A DNA stretch of 64,000 bases, taken from a virus. Shown piece by piece: positions 55,598-63,723 of the stretch. The stretch lies in the IMG/VR virus record IMGVR_UViG_3300018080_000107. One strand, 5' to 3'. Within the stretch, counting starts at the first letter, position 1, and the number at the start of each line of letters is the position of its first letter. Both the position numbers and the translations under genes were made by a program. Under the pieces are notes generated by a model that saw nothing but the letters and a program-made list of their open reading frames with translations, was not told where the DNA came from and searched no databases.

Positions 55598-56137
55598 TTA
55601 ATCTTCTCTCACACAACAGTATGATGGTGAAAAGTCGATACACCAAACCTTTGATATTGCCCCAAAAGCGTCAGTTTCTACGATGATGTTTCCGGCGTGT
55701 CTATCCCTAAGATTCAATCCGCAAGCCTTCATTTTGTCGTAAATATAATCGCAAAGCTCAGTTTCAGCAAACTCGATATCATCAATGCTGTAATCATCTT
55801 CATCCCAATAACCTGAATCAAATTCTTCATTTTCCCTTTTCCACTGATAAAGCGACATCCCCGGACAATGCGTCATCAAGATGCCGATACGCACTATCGG
55901 CGTGCCATCAAGATGTGCCCCGTCTTTAACCTTGACAATGCCAATGCCCTTTGGAGTGATTCCGCTAGATTCAGCCTGCTTAATATAACTGTACTCTTCA
56001 ACGGCTTCATCAAAAGCCTCATCAAGTTCTTCATTCTTCAGAACCTTGATTCCGATAGTTTCAGACACCATATAATAGGTGCTATAAAGACCACTACCAA
56101 CCGATGTTTTGTGAGTTACATTAAGAGTTACTTCCAT
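55598..56137 (-). CDS. Minimal protein-kinase-fold protein, paralogue of 51937..52452
   Basis: GSGLYS, GIKVL, DRHAGNI, IDFS. Confidence 0.75.
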   Translation of the reverse strand: MEVTLNVTHKTSVGSGLYSTYYMVSETIGIKVLKNEELDEAFDEAVEEYSYIKQAESSGITPKGIGIVKVKDGAHLDGTPIVRIGILMTHCPGMSLYQWKRENEEFDSGYWDEDDYSIDDIEFAETELCDYIYDKMKACGLNLRDRHAGNIIVETDAFGAISKVWCIDFSPSYCCVRED

Positions 56138-56278
56138 TCTTTCCTCCATTAATATCACCCTCATCAGTAGCCTTTAATACAAGGTCATCTATATGAAAAT
56201 TCTTTAATCTTGGGTCCAAAAAAAAGGCGCACCAACAAGGCACGCCACAAAACGAAAGGTCATAACGATGAATTCTGT

Positions 56279-56659
56279 TTAATCTTCCTCTACTTCAATC
56301 TCCATAAGGTTAGTAGTATCTACACCGAAAGCTTCAAGATGTTCTTTAAGGTCTGCAAGCTCATCGGCAAGTATCGTGCCGTTTATATAGTCTTCATCAC
56401 TATCGCACTCGATGCCCCACAATCCGCCAGAACGTAAGGTTTCTATCCGCCTATCGCCCCGTTCATTAGTGGGATAAGATACGGTAGCCTCTACCCACAT
56501 ACCAAGCATCCACACGTCGCCATTATGAAATTGCTTTAATCTTTCTTCGTTGCTCGCATTGTGCTCATCCGTGAAAGTCTCGTCATACTCCAGATAAGAC
56601 AAGTCGGGAAATTCGTCAACAACCTTCACAAACTTCAGTTTATCAATCGTCGGTTTCAT
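56279..56659 (-). CDS. Hypothetical acidic protein
   Basis: GAAAGG SD; GLWGIE.D motif. Confidence 0.7.
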   Translation of the reverse strand: MKPTIDKLKFVKVVDEFPDLSYLEYDETFTDEHNASNEERLKQFHNGDVWMLGMWVEATVSYPTNERGDRRIETLRSGGLWGIECDSDEDYINGTILADELADLKEHLEAFGVDTTNLMEIEVEED

Positions 56660-56726
56660 TGCTTCGCCTTTCTTTATTAGCCTCTATAGTTAGCCTCTAA
56701 TACAAGGTCAGAAGTATTAAAATCCC

Positions 56727-57197
56727 TTAATCTACGCACTGTCCGATGAAAACGTCACAAGCATCCCCTTCCCCGCAAGTAATCCAACATCCAATACTTT
56801 CAGCTTCTTTATCTAATGCTTCCCGAAATATCTCATCAAGCTCAGCTTCCCATTCTTCCACATTACTACACGCCCACGGCATGTAAAATTTACCCGATGG
56901 ATACAAGGAAAATACCGTGCCCAAGAAAACCATTTTAGACTTATTTCCGTCATAGTCTTCTATTACTTCTGATTCATCCAAAGCCTCTACGATTTTTTCC
57001 TTATACAGTATCCCATTATTAATAAGCTCTAATACCTCTACTCTTTTTTGGTACTCATCTGTTTCTTGCACATCATAAAGCTTATCACCGATTGCCTTTA
57101 GATTCTGTACAATATCCACCGTCCGCCCATAGCGCACGGCATAAAGTCCCGTGCTTACCACAATACTGTTTCTGTTAAGTTCTTCACTTGTAATCAT
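56727..57197 (-). CDS. Hypothetical acidic protein
   Basis: GAAAGG SD; PSGKFYMPWA and GEGD..D motifs. Confidence 0.7.
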   Translation of the reverse strand: MITSEELNRNSIVVSTGLYAVRYGRTVDIVQNLKAIGDKLYDVQETDEYQKRVEVLELINNGILYKEKIVEALDESEVIEDYDGNKSKMVFLGTVFSLYPSGKFYMPWACSNVEEWEAELDEIFREALDKEAESIGCWITCGEGDACDVFIGQCVD

Positions 57198-57263
57198 GTT
57201 TCACCTTTCAGTTATCGCCCTCATCAGTAACCTTCAAAACAAGGTGATATACATTAAAATTCT

Positions 57264-57749
57264 TTAAGGAATCGGGACAACATCCCCGCCGCAATTGTGC
57301 CTATACTTGCCGCCACGACGATAAGCCTTAACCATATTGGTATGTTTACGCTTTGTAATCGGCATTACAGTTTCGCACTTCATACAAACAGCCCTATAAT
57401 CCCTTGCATTGTGCTTACAAGCCATACTATGGCACCTTTCGGCATTGCCGCCTATCCGCCTATGCATAGCCTTCCATCGCCTGTTGTGACCGTTTCCAGG
57501 ACCAACAAGAAGATGTGCTATTTCGTGCAGAACCGTGTTTCTGAAATTGCTTTCATTTTCCGCCCTTCTGAAAATCTCATTGCTCAGTTGAACCATAAAC
57601 AGTTTATGCTTTGCTTTACCGGCAGTAGTCCGAAGTCTCGTATTGACACTAAAAACGATACGCCCAAGCTCCCCTTGATAGATGGGAAACCGCATCATAA
57701 GTTCCGTTCTAATTTCCTTTGCCCTTGTAATCATTTCTCTTGCGTTCAT
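57264..57749 (-). CDS. SprT-like zinc metalloprotease
   Basis: RLRTTAGKA, HEIAH, GH...WK, C..C. Confidence 0.85.
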   Translation of the reverse strand: MNAREMITRAKEIRTELMMRFPIYQGELGRIVFSVNTRLRTTAGKAKHKLFMVQLSNEIFRRAENESNFRNTVLHEIAHLLVGPGNGHNRRWKAMHRRIGGNAERCHSMACKHNARDYRAVCMKCETVMPITKRKHTNMVKAYRRGGKYRHNCGGDVVPIP

Positions 57750-57814
57750 AGTTTGCCCTTTCAGTTATTGCTCTCTATAGGACACCTTGAATACAAGGTC
57801 ATACATATTAAAAC

Positions 57815-58039
57815 TTATTCATAATCAATCTCAGCACCAAAGACGGAAGCCGGTATATTATCGGGATTCTGACGTTTCATCCATGATGGCGGATTGTCAA
57901 GCTTCACCTTAACACCGAGATAACCATCTTCCTCAAAATAACTTACAACCTTTCCCGTGCCAAGTCCGTTTAGTAGAACCTTAACAATTGAACCGATAGC
58001 CGGTACGCCACTTTTGCCAGACCATTTAATATCTTTCAT
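57815..58039 (-). CDS. Small SH3-like beta-barrel protein
   Basis: PAIGS.V.V..NGLG.GKV..YF.E.GYLGV. Confidence 0.6.
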   Translation of the reverse strand: MKDIKWSGKSGVPAIGSIVKVLLNGLGTGKVVSYFEEDGYLGVKVKLDNPPSWMKRQNPDNIPASVFGAEIDYE

Positions 58040-58052
58040 GATAAACCTTTCA

Positions 58053-58214
58053 TTAAATAGGATTGAACGTAGGATTAACTTGCGTCAATGGCGCTATCGT
58101 CCATTCTGAATCAATATTCATTTCAGCCCACATTGATGCAACCTCCATACAATCCCAAGGTCCATAAAAAGTTGCACCGTCAACCATATTCCCAACAATC
58201 AAAACGTAAACCAT
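58053..58214 (-). CDS. Hypothetical protein (53 aa)
   Basis: GGAG SD; GN.VDG..FYGP motif. Confidence 0.55.
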   Translation of the reverse strand: MVYVLIVGNMVDGATFYGPWDCMEVASMWAEMNIDSEWTIAPLTQVNPTFNPI

Positions 58215-58225
58215 ATTAATCTCCA

Positions 58226-58630
58226 TTAACCTATGACGTTATCAATGCTTCCATTCTCACAATGCCACGTTTCACAATCATCAATCTCCATTCCGATTTT
58301 TGTGAAAGTTCTTTCAGTAATCAGCCCATCCCTTTCGCAAGCCTTCAAGGCTTCCCGCCAAAGCTCGATAATTTCCCAATGGGTACGCCCTTCCCCGCCA
58401 CACTCGGCAGCCTCATGAATGCGATTACACATTTCACGCTTTTCAGGACAAGCCGAGTAGCCCAAGCCACTTATGAAAGATTCTTCATAAGCCTGAAAGT
58501 ATTCTGAATTATAGAAGTCCTCAAGATTATGAATCCCTTCATCATTCTGCTTGCGTACAAGCTTCAGCCTTTCGGCTTTCTCGTCAATCGTCACGTCAAC
58601 AGGACAAAATTCAATCGTTACAGTTTTCAT
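58226..58630 (-). CDS. Hypothetical protein
   Basis: GAAAGG SD; motif A upstream. Confidence 0.65.
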   Translation of the reverse strand: MKTVTIEFCPVDVTIDEKAERLKLVRKQNDEGIHNLEDFYNSEYFQAYEESFISGLGYSACPEKREMCNRIHEAAECGGEGRTHWEIIELWREALKACERDGLITERTFTKIGMEIDDCETWHCENGSIDNVIG

Positions 58631-58691
58631 TGTTTCACCTTTCGTTATTGCCGCCCTCATCTATAGCCTGCAATACAAGGCGACATACAGA

Positions 58692-59126
58692 TTAATCTTT
58701 CTTAATTTTGTATATGATGTAAGCGCCCTTCTTTTCCGCCACAACCTCAAAAGGCAGTACACGATTTACTTGATAAGTTCCGGTTTTCGTCCATCCTTCT
58801 TTCTTGATGTCTCGCCTAACTGTAATGTATGCAGTTCCACCAACAACAAGGTAATCATGAATGCCCTTTAATACACCGTGAACCTCATCGTCAGTTATGA
58901 CATTCAATACATAATTACAAACAACTGTATCAAATTGCCCTTCCGGCTTCTCAGGACGATGGAACGGGTCAAAGCCTGCAATACCAAGCTCATCGGCGTC
59001 AAAGCCTTTCCCACAACCATAGTCCAATACACGCCCCGTCAGAAGTCCTCTATCCCTTAGAAGTCGCATAGGGACACTAAGGGTTTTTCTCGTGATTGCT
59101 GTTTTGTGTGCTTTGTCATTCTTCAT
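58692..59126 (-). CDS. Class I SAM-dependent methyltransferase
   Basis: VLDYGCGKG.D, FDP, CNYVLNVI. Confidence 0.85.
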   Translation of the reverse strand: MKNDKAHKTAITRKTLSVPMRLLRDRGLLTGRVLDYGCGKGFDADELGIAGFDPFHRPEKPEGQFDTVVCNYVLNVITDDEVHGVLKGIHDYLVVGGTAYITVRRDIKKEGWTKTGTYQVNRVLPFEVVAEKKGAYIIYKIKKD

Positions 59127-59297
59127 TAGTTTGCCTTTCATTTGTTTTCCGCCCTCATTGGTAGCCTGAAATACAAGGTATTGTGAAAAAAGATTAACTG
59201 TATATCCTAAGTCTTGTATTTGAGGCTACTTATGAACGGGGAGTTATCCCCACCTATTCTATCTTATATAACAAGCGAAAATAGGAGGATTTGCCAG

Positions 59298-59409
59298 ACG
59301 AAAATGAGTTAATGATTACGAAAGTTTAATGATTAATGTTTTTTAATGAATGAATTTTAATGAAGATTCTTTAATGTGAAAATCGCTTAATGTATGATGT
59401 GATTTTCAT
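59298..59409. repeat. Tandem array of about 7 motif B palindromes
   Basis: Copies at 59298, 59315, 59332, 59346, 59360, 59376, 59394; outer copies have one mismatch. Confidence 0.85.
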
Positions 59410-59512
59410 AGAGCCAGAAGGTTTCGGCGTCGAAGGCTAAGAGCGGCCAATATCCGGCGTCGAAGCCTTTTTTTGTTGACCCGACATTAAGAAATTTTAA
59501 TCTAATGTGCAT

Positions 59513-59542
59513 AAAAAAACCCACCGCAACAAGCGATGGGTT
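59513..59542 (-). terminator. Intrinsic terminator after the MazG-like gene
   Basis: AACCCA-CGC..GCG-TGGGTT hairpin plus T-run. Confidence 0.6.
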
Positions 59543-59593
59543 CTGGTTTGTCCCTGGTCGGGTCGCTACGCTGCGACCCGCCATGCTTGAGTG

Positions 59594-59923
59594 TTACCTA
59601 TCATCCCCACTTCCATGAAGCTTCCCCCTGCGCTTCCTATCATAAAGCTTATCAATATTTGTTTGTGCAATATCGGCAAGGTCAAGATTAAGTTCTTCCG
59701 CCAAAGCTGCGAGATACCATAGCACGTCTCCCAGTTCCTTCTTTAGCGCCCGTCTAAGCTCGTCTGACAGCACTCCACCACTGTCGCGTATCATCTTCTT
59801 AATCTTCTCTGCTATCTCTCCAGCCTCGCCACAAAGCCCCAGTGTTGGATAAATAATATTGTTTCCCTTATTCGGATAAACAGCAGTCTCCATCGCCCTT
59901 TGCTGATACATATTAAAGTCCAT
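59594..59923 (-). CDS. MazG-like nucleotide pyrophosphohydrolase
   Basis: GLCGEAGE..EK.KK, ELGDVLWY, N..KL..R...G.GD.R. Confidence 0.9.
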   Translation of the reverse strand: MDFNMYQQRAMETAVYPNKGNNIIYPTLGLCGEAGEIAEKIKKMIRDSGGVLSDELRRALKKELGDVLWYLAALAEELNLDLADIAQTNIDKLYDRKRRGKLHGSGDDR

Positions 59924-60363
59924 TAATTTCCCCCTTTGTTCCCATACTTTTCCTGCATTTCAATCTTGCGCTGCAAAACTCTAATGTCTCTTTGTGCCTT
60001 TTCCCTTACTGGCTTGACAACGCAACGCTCATATATAGCATTGATTTCTTTTACATCGCCACGCATTGCTCCCTTTGCTCGTGCAAAAGCAATTTGACGC
60101 CCCATCCTTTTGCTGAAAGTATCGTCACACTGACAAAACGCATGGCCGATAGATACAGTTGCCCACGCCTTCAAGTCGCCATCACGCAAACGCTTCTTGA
60201 TGATTGCCGTAGTCATAAACTCTACATCTTCAACAGCACGCTCAGTCATTTCATCGATAAAACCGCCCTCAACAGTCCTATCTACCGCACGCCTAAGCTC
60301 GTCGTTAGTGAAAAACACATCCTTGTGCTCGAAAAATACCTGATAGTCGCCTTCTTTCCACAT
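59923..60363 (-). CDS. Hypothetical phage protein
   Basis: G.A.C...D.FS...GR.IA..RA motif. Confidence 0.7.
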   Translation of the reverse strand: MWKEGDYQVFFEHKDVFFTNDELRRAVDRTVEGGFIDEMTERAVEDVEFMTTAIIKKRLRDGDLKAWATVSIGHAFCQCDDTFSKRMGRQIAFARAKGAMRGDVKEINAIYERCVVKPVREKAQRDIRVLQRKIEMQEKYGNKGGN

Positions 60364-60366
60364 AAT

Positions 60367-60603
60367 TTACTCCTGTACAAAACCAAGCCAAATAATTTTC
60401 TCTGATTTTAACAGAAAAGTATTCAACAATTCTGACACTGCATCAATATGTCCTTTGACAAACCGAGTATGATGAATACCCGCAATGCTCGTGAATGTTA
60501 TTAAGGTTTTTTCACCGTCCACAAACTTGATGGAACAAGCATACTGACACAACGGGAAATACTCTGTCCGACATTCATTATCAATCGCTATTACTTTGTT
60601 CAT
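60367..60603 (-). CDS. Hypothetical protein
   Basis: TAATG coupling. Confidence 0.5.
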   Translation of the reverse strand: MNKVIAIDNECRTEYFPLCQYACSIKFVDGEKTLITFTSIAGIHHTRFVKGHIDAVSELLNTFLLKSEKIIWLGFVQE

Positions 60604-60773
60604 TACCAATGCTTCCAAAAACTCTTATGGTATCCACACTTTGTACACAGAAGCGACACCCTATCGCCAGTCCGCTTGTCACCAAAACAACCCTTCACTT
60701 GTGCCCACTCCTCATGCTTTTCAAATTCATGTTTACAAAAACACTGTCTTAGATAATTTATAAACCAACGCAC
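60603..60773 (-). CDS. Small Zn-ribbon protein
   Basis: FCKHEF...CTKCG; GTG start after GAGG. Confidence 0.5.
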   Translation of the reverse strand: MRWFINYLRQCFCKHEFEKHEEWAQVKGCFGDKRTGDRVSLLCTKCGYHKSFWKHW

Positions 60774-60775
60774 TA

Positions 60776-61453
60776 TTAAACCTCTACCTTTTCTGCATAT
60801 TTCTTATGATAATTCTTTAAGAAAGTCGGTGCCTTATTGAATTGGTCAGGAGAAAAATAAACTCTCCGGTCAAGAAATCCCATAAAATAAAACGTCACAT
60901 AGCTCGACAAAAACATGTCGTTATTATGTTCAAGATCCACAATATGGTCGAATAGCACTACCGCCGCCTTAATATCCGCCACTGTGAAAAGAGGCATCAT
61001 AGCCTCCAACTTACCGGCTTCCCTTGCGATGATGGCCCAGTTATCGCCACCATACATTCTATCCCAATGCAGTTGATTGAATGCCCTTTCACACTCCTCA
61101 AATGAAATTATCCTATTGTCACGTATGCTTATGAAAACATATTCATTTTTGTAGTTTCTTTTCAGCCAAGCCTCATTATGTTCCTTCCTCCTATTCTGCT
61201 TGGCAAGTGCTTCCTCTGGACTATTTGAATACCAGTCTACCGTATGTTGATTTTCAGAACTACCATGCCGCCAATGGCGCAATTCCTTACAGCACGCATT
61301 CTTACAAACTGTTAAAAGCTTCCCAATCTTCCCTTCAAGCTCACTGATTACCCTGCGCAACTCAGCCTCACGCATTTTATGCAGATGTGGAAGCATATGT
61401 GAAATCAAATAAACAGAATGAAAATCGCCAATCTTCATCTTCATACGCATCAT
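60776..61453 (-). CDS. Hypothetical protein
   Basis: ELRH, W...YGG..W..IA, DH..DL.HN motifs. Confidence 0.7.
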   Translation of the reverse strand: MMRMKMKIGDFHSVYLISHMLPHLHKMREAELRRVISELEGKIGKLLTVCKNACCKELRHWRHGSSENQHTVDWYSNSPEEALAKQNRRKEHNEAWLKRNYKNEYVFISIRDNRIISFEECERAFNQLHWDRMYGGDNWAIIAREAGKLEAMMPLFTVADIKAAVVLFDHIVDLEHNNDMFLSSYVTFYFMGFLDRRVYFSPDQFNKAPTFLKNYHKKYAEKVEV

Positions 61454-61659
61454 CAGTTCTCCAACACGTCAACCTCATTAGCCTTAACAATATGAATACG
61501 CCTTGTCTTATCAAGCAAAACAGTATAAGCCTCTGTATGTGGATGTACATACGTCACCGTACCAACCTTACCACGAATAAGCGGACTAATATAGTTCAGT
61601 CGCTTGATGCAAACCCTGTCACCCTTTTCAAGATAAACATGTCCTTTAATCTTCTTCAT
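61453..61659 (-). CDS. Small SH3/KOW-like protein
   Basis: KGDRV...GKVGTV; AGGAGG SD (alternative start at 61698). Confidence 0.55.
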   Translation of the reverse strand: MKKIKGHVYLEKGDRVCIKRLNYISPLIRGKVGTVTYVHPHTEAYTVLLDKTRRIHIVKANEVDVLEN

Positions 61660-61697
61660 ATCAAACCTCCTATAATAAGCCCCAGAAACAAGGCTCA

Positions 61698-61970
61698 TTA
61701 AGATTTTTTCACGCACTTAACAAATGTCTCACAATCTTCAGGAATTATAAAAGCCGTGAAAGGCTTCCCCCTGCCAAACGGTGGCTGGTTCTTAATCGCA
61801 TATACCAATGAAGGATTGCTAAACCCCATAGGCACCGCTTCATCGCCCCAATATACTGCATTAACTTCGTCAGTATAGAAACCGCCACAACGCCCACATC
61901 GGCACTCTCGCCTATGTTCGGAAACCAACCGAACCACATCTTGACAATGCGTACATAAAACTAATTTCAT
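61698..61970 (-). CDS. Hypothetical Zn-binding protein
   Basis: MKL..C..C.D...C.CG...G. Confidence 0.65.
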   Translation of the reverse strand: MKLVLCTHCQDVVRLVSEHRRECRCGRCGGFYTDEVNAVYWGDEAVPMGFSNPSLVYAIKNQPPFGRGKPFTAFIIPEDCETFVKCVKKS

Positions 61971-62164
61971 ACTTTCTTCCTCTGAAACATTACCTTATAG
62001 TAATATTTCGTGTAAGAACCTTCTTCATAATCATAAGATACTTCTTCTGAATCTTCTTTCATCCATACGACAAACCAACCAAGCTTGCCTTCTTCGTCAA
62101 GAACCTTGATTAAGTCTTTTTCACTAATCAACGTTATTAACTGTGATTCATATTCATCGTACAT
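61967..62164 (-). CDS. DUF4177-like small protein
   Basis: LDEEGKLGW.V...FQR. Confidence 0.5.
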   Translation of the reverse strand: MYDEYESQLITLISEKDLIKVLDEEGKLGWFVVWMKEDSEEVSYDYEEGSYTKYYYKVMFQRKKV

Positions 62165-62442
62165 TAATCGTCATCCTCATCCTTAAGCTTAAGTAGTCGC
62201 TTAATAGATTCAATATCAGCCTCAATCTCATCGCGTTCTTCTTTTACTTCCGCAAGGCGATTGCGACAATGGCTCAAATCAATATTCAAATTCTTGATTT
62301 TTCGTTCCAAGTCACATTTCTGATTATATGCACTACTACACTTAGCACAATACAAACTAAAAAAAACAATTGTTCCAACAAACAACAATCCTGCGCCAAT
62401 GGATAGTGCCAACAATCCACCAAGATGCATTTCAACAATCAT
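62164..62442 (-). CDS. TM + coiled-coil protein
   Basis: GGAG SD. Confidence 0.55.
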   Translation of the reverse strand: MIVEMHLGGLLALSIGAGLLFVGTIVFFSLYCAKCSSAYNQKCDLERKIKNLNIDLSHCRNRLAEVKEERDEIEADIESIKRLLKLKDEDDD

Positions 62443-62452
62443 TATTACTCCA

Positions 62453-62725
62453 TCATAATCTTCCAAATTTACCGGGTGGCTCCATAGCACCCAAAGGCAA
62501 ACCATAACGTTCTTTAACAAGGTTCAACAGACGCCAAATTGCAATAAGCTCATCGATGTCTCGATAGTCTGTCTTCCAAGCCCAATCAAGTTCTTCCCAA
62601 CAAATCCGAACAGATTCCTTATCAAACTCTTCTAACTCTTCAAGGAAAAGTTCAGGATTGTAATACCTAATATCAACAACGCCCCAACCCTTTTCCCACC
62701 TTAGCCATTTTCCAGAATTACTCAT
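62453..62725 (-). CDS. Hypothetical protein
   Basis: Coupled ORF. Confidence 0.55.
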   Translation of the reverse strand: MSNSGKWLRWEKGWGVVDIRYYNPELFLEELEEFDKESVRICWEELDWAWKTDYRDIDELIAIWRLLNLVKERYGLPLGAMEPPGKFGRL

Positions 62726-62963
62726 ACCATCTTCCTTCCGGTTCAACATCTGCCCAGTCTAACTTATACGCACGCCTAATAAGTATTAGCTCGTACCAAA
62801 TCACTCTCAGTCTCATGCTAAGTGCTTCAGACCAACCCTCAGTTCTGTGAACTCGATTAAGTCTCCGCAACTCCAAGTGATGGTCATATACAAGCTCATA
62901 ATCACGTGCAGTCATAACAGGCACCAAGTGCCGTATGTAACGCCAATATTCCGTCATATCCAT
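62718..62963 (-). CDS. Hypothetical protein
   Basis: GGAG SD; motif A upstream. Confidence 0.55.
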   Translation of the reverse strand: MDMTEYWRYIRHLVPVMTARDYELVYDHHLELRRLNRVHRTEGWSEALSMRLRVIWYELILIRRAYKLDWADVEPEGRWYE

Positions 62964-63023
62964 TTTAAAGCTCCCTTCTATAGTAAGCCTTAAAAACAAG
63001 GTGTCAGGAAAATTAATATGCGC

Positions 63024-63383
63024 TCATACAAAATGAAGATGACACTCGTTTCTTCCCTGCCTCCACTTTGCTATTGTGTCCTCAGTGCCTCCCGTCCTAT
63101 CAGAAGCCACACAAGCTATCAAGACGTGCGAACGTTTAGCAATATGTGTGTTGCGTGCTAATCCTGCCCGACGCCCTTCAGCAGACCAATTAGGATAGAA
63201 TATCAAGATGGGCATTCCATATTCTTTTGCTATTTCCTCTGCAAAATGGTCAGCCCCCTTTGGACAACCGCCAGACACAAGGATGTCGCCGGGTTCATAT
63301 AGTTCAAGTATTTTACTTTCGACCTTGATTTTATCAACCTGCGAATCCCTGCGCCTGCTTCCTACTACTCCAATATATTTCAT
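63024..63383 (-). CDS. SLOG (YspA/DprA-like) family protein
   Basis: GVVGSR, VSGGC.KGAD, AG..RN..I, GGT..T. Confidence 0.85.
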   Translation of the reverse strand: MKYIGVVGSRRRDSQVDKIKVESKILELYEPGDILVSGGCPKGADHFAEEIAKEYGMPILIFYPNWSAEGRRAGLARNTHIAKRSHVLIACVASDRTGGTEDTIAKWRQGRNECHLHFV

Positions 63384-63670
63384 CGATTTCTGCGCCTAAA
63401 ATCAAGCATAGCCTTACGCGCATTGGCTATACGCCGCTTATTACTCGGCACCATCAACACCTGAAGAATGCCAAGTCCAGCCATACAGACAAGAACCTCA
63501 AGCCAGAACACAATCGCACCAGCCCAAATTGTACCAGCCACAATGGCAAACTTCTCCCAGAAAGTTTCTGGTCCCATCAGCGTCCAAGGCAAAGTACAAA
63601 GATAACAAAACAGCGCGATAAACGCAACCACCCACACGATAGCCAAACCTACATGAATCAAAGTTCTCAT
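63380..63670 (-). CDS. Two-TM membrane protein
   Basis: Hydrophobic segments flanking PWTLMGPETFW. Confidence 0.6.
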   Translation of the reverse strand: MRTLIHVGLAIVWVVAFIALFCYLCTLPWTLMGPETFWEKFAIVAGTIWAGAIVFWLEVLVCMAGLGILQVLMVPSNKRRIANARKAMLDFRRRNR

Positions 63671-63695
63671 TACTCTTTCCTTAAAAACAACTCTA

Positions 63696-63723
63696 AAAAA
63701 ATGGGCGGGTAACATCCCCGCCC
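63696..63723 (-). terminator. Intrinsic terminator
   Basis: GGGCGGG-GATGTTA-CCCGCCC-ATTTTTT. Confidence 0.65.

Larger units (their letters stand above)
50530..63001 (-). repeat. Motif A: dispersed 28-bp element CCTTGTWTTnnAGGYTAnnnATRRRGGG (14 minus-strand copies, 2 plus-strand copies)
   Basis: Minus copies start at 50530, 51401, 52484, 53534, 53830, 54625, 55561, 56157, 56680, 57217, 57771, 58653, 59151, 62974; plus copies at 53978 and 59212. Confidence 0.9.

Noticed and set aside
50530-59240. Motif A repeats as a CRISPR array or integron attC cassettes
   Set aside because: Spacing is whole genes (300-1000 bp), copies are degenerate, there are no RYYYAAC/GTTRRRY ends, and no cas or integrase gene is in the window
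969-63399. Plus-strand ORFs in the supplied track
   Set aside because: They lie antisense to well-supported minus-strand genes or RNAs and lack recognisable motifs; for example 11659..12135 is the Ser-rich mirror of the Glu-rich scaffold
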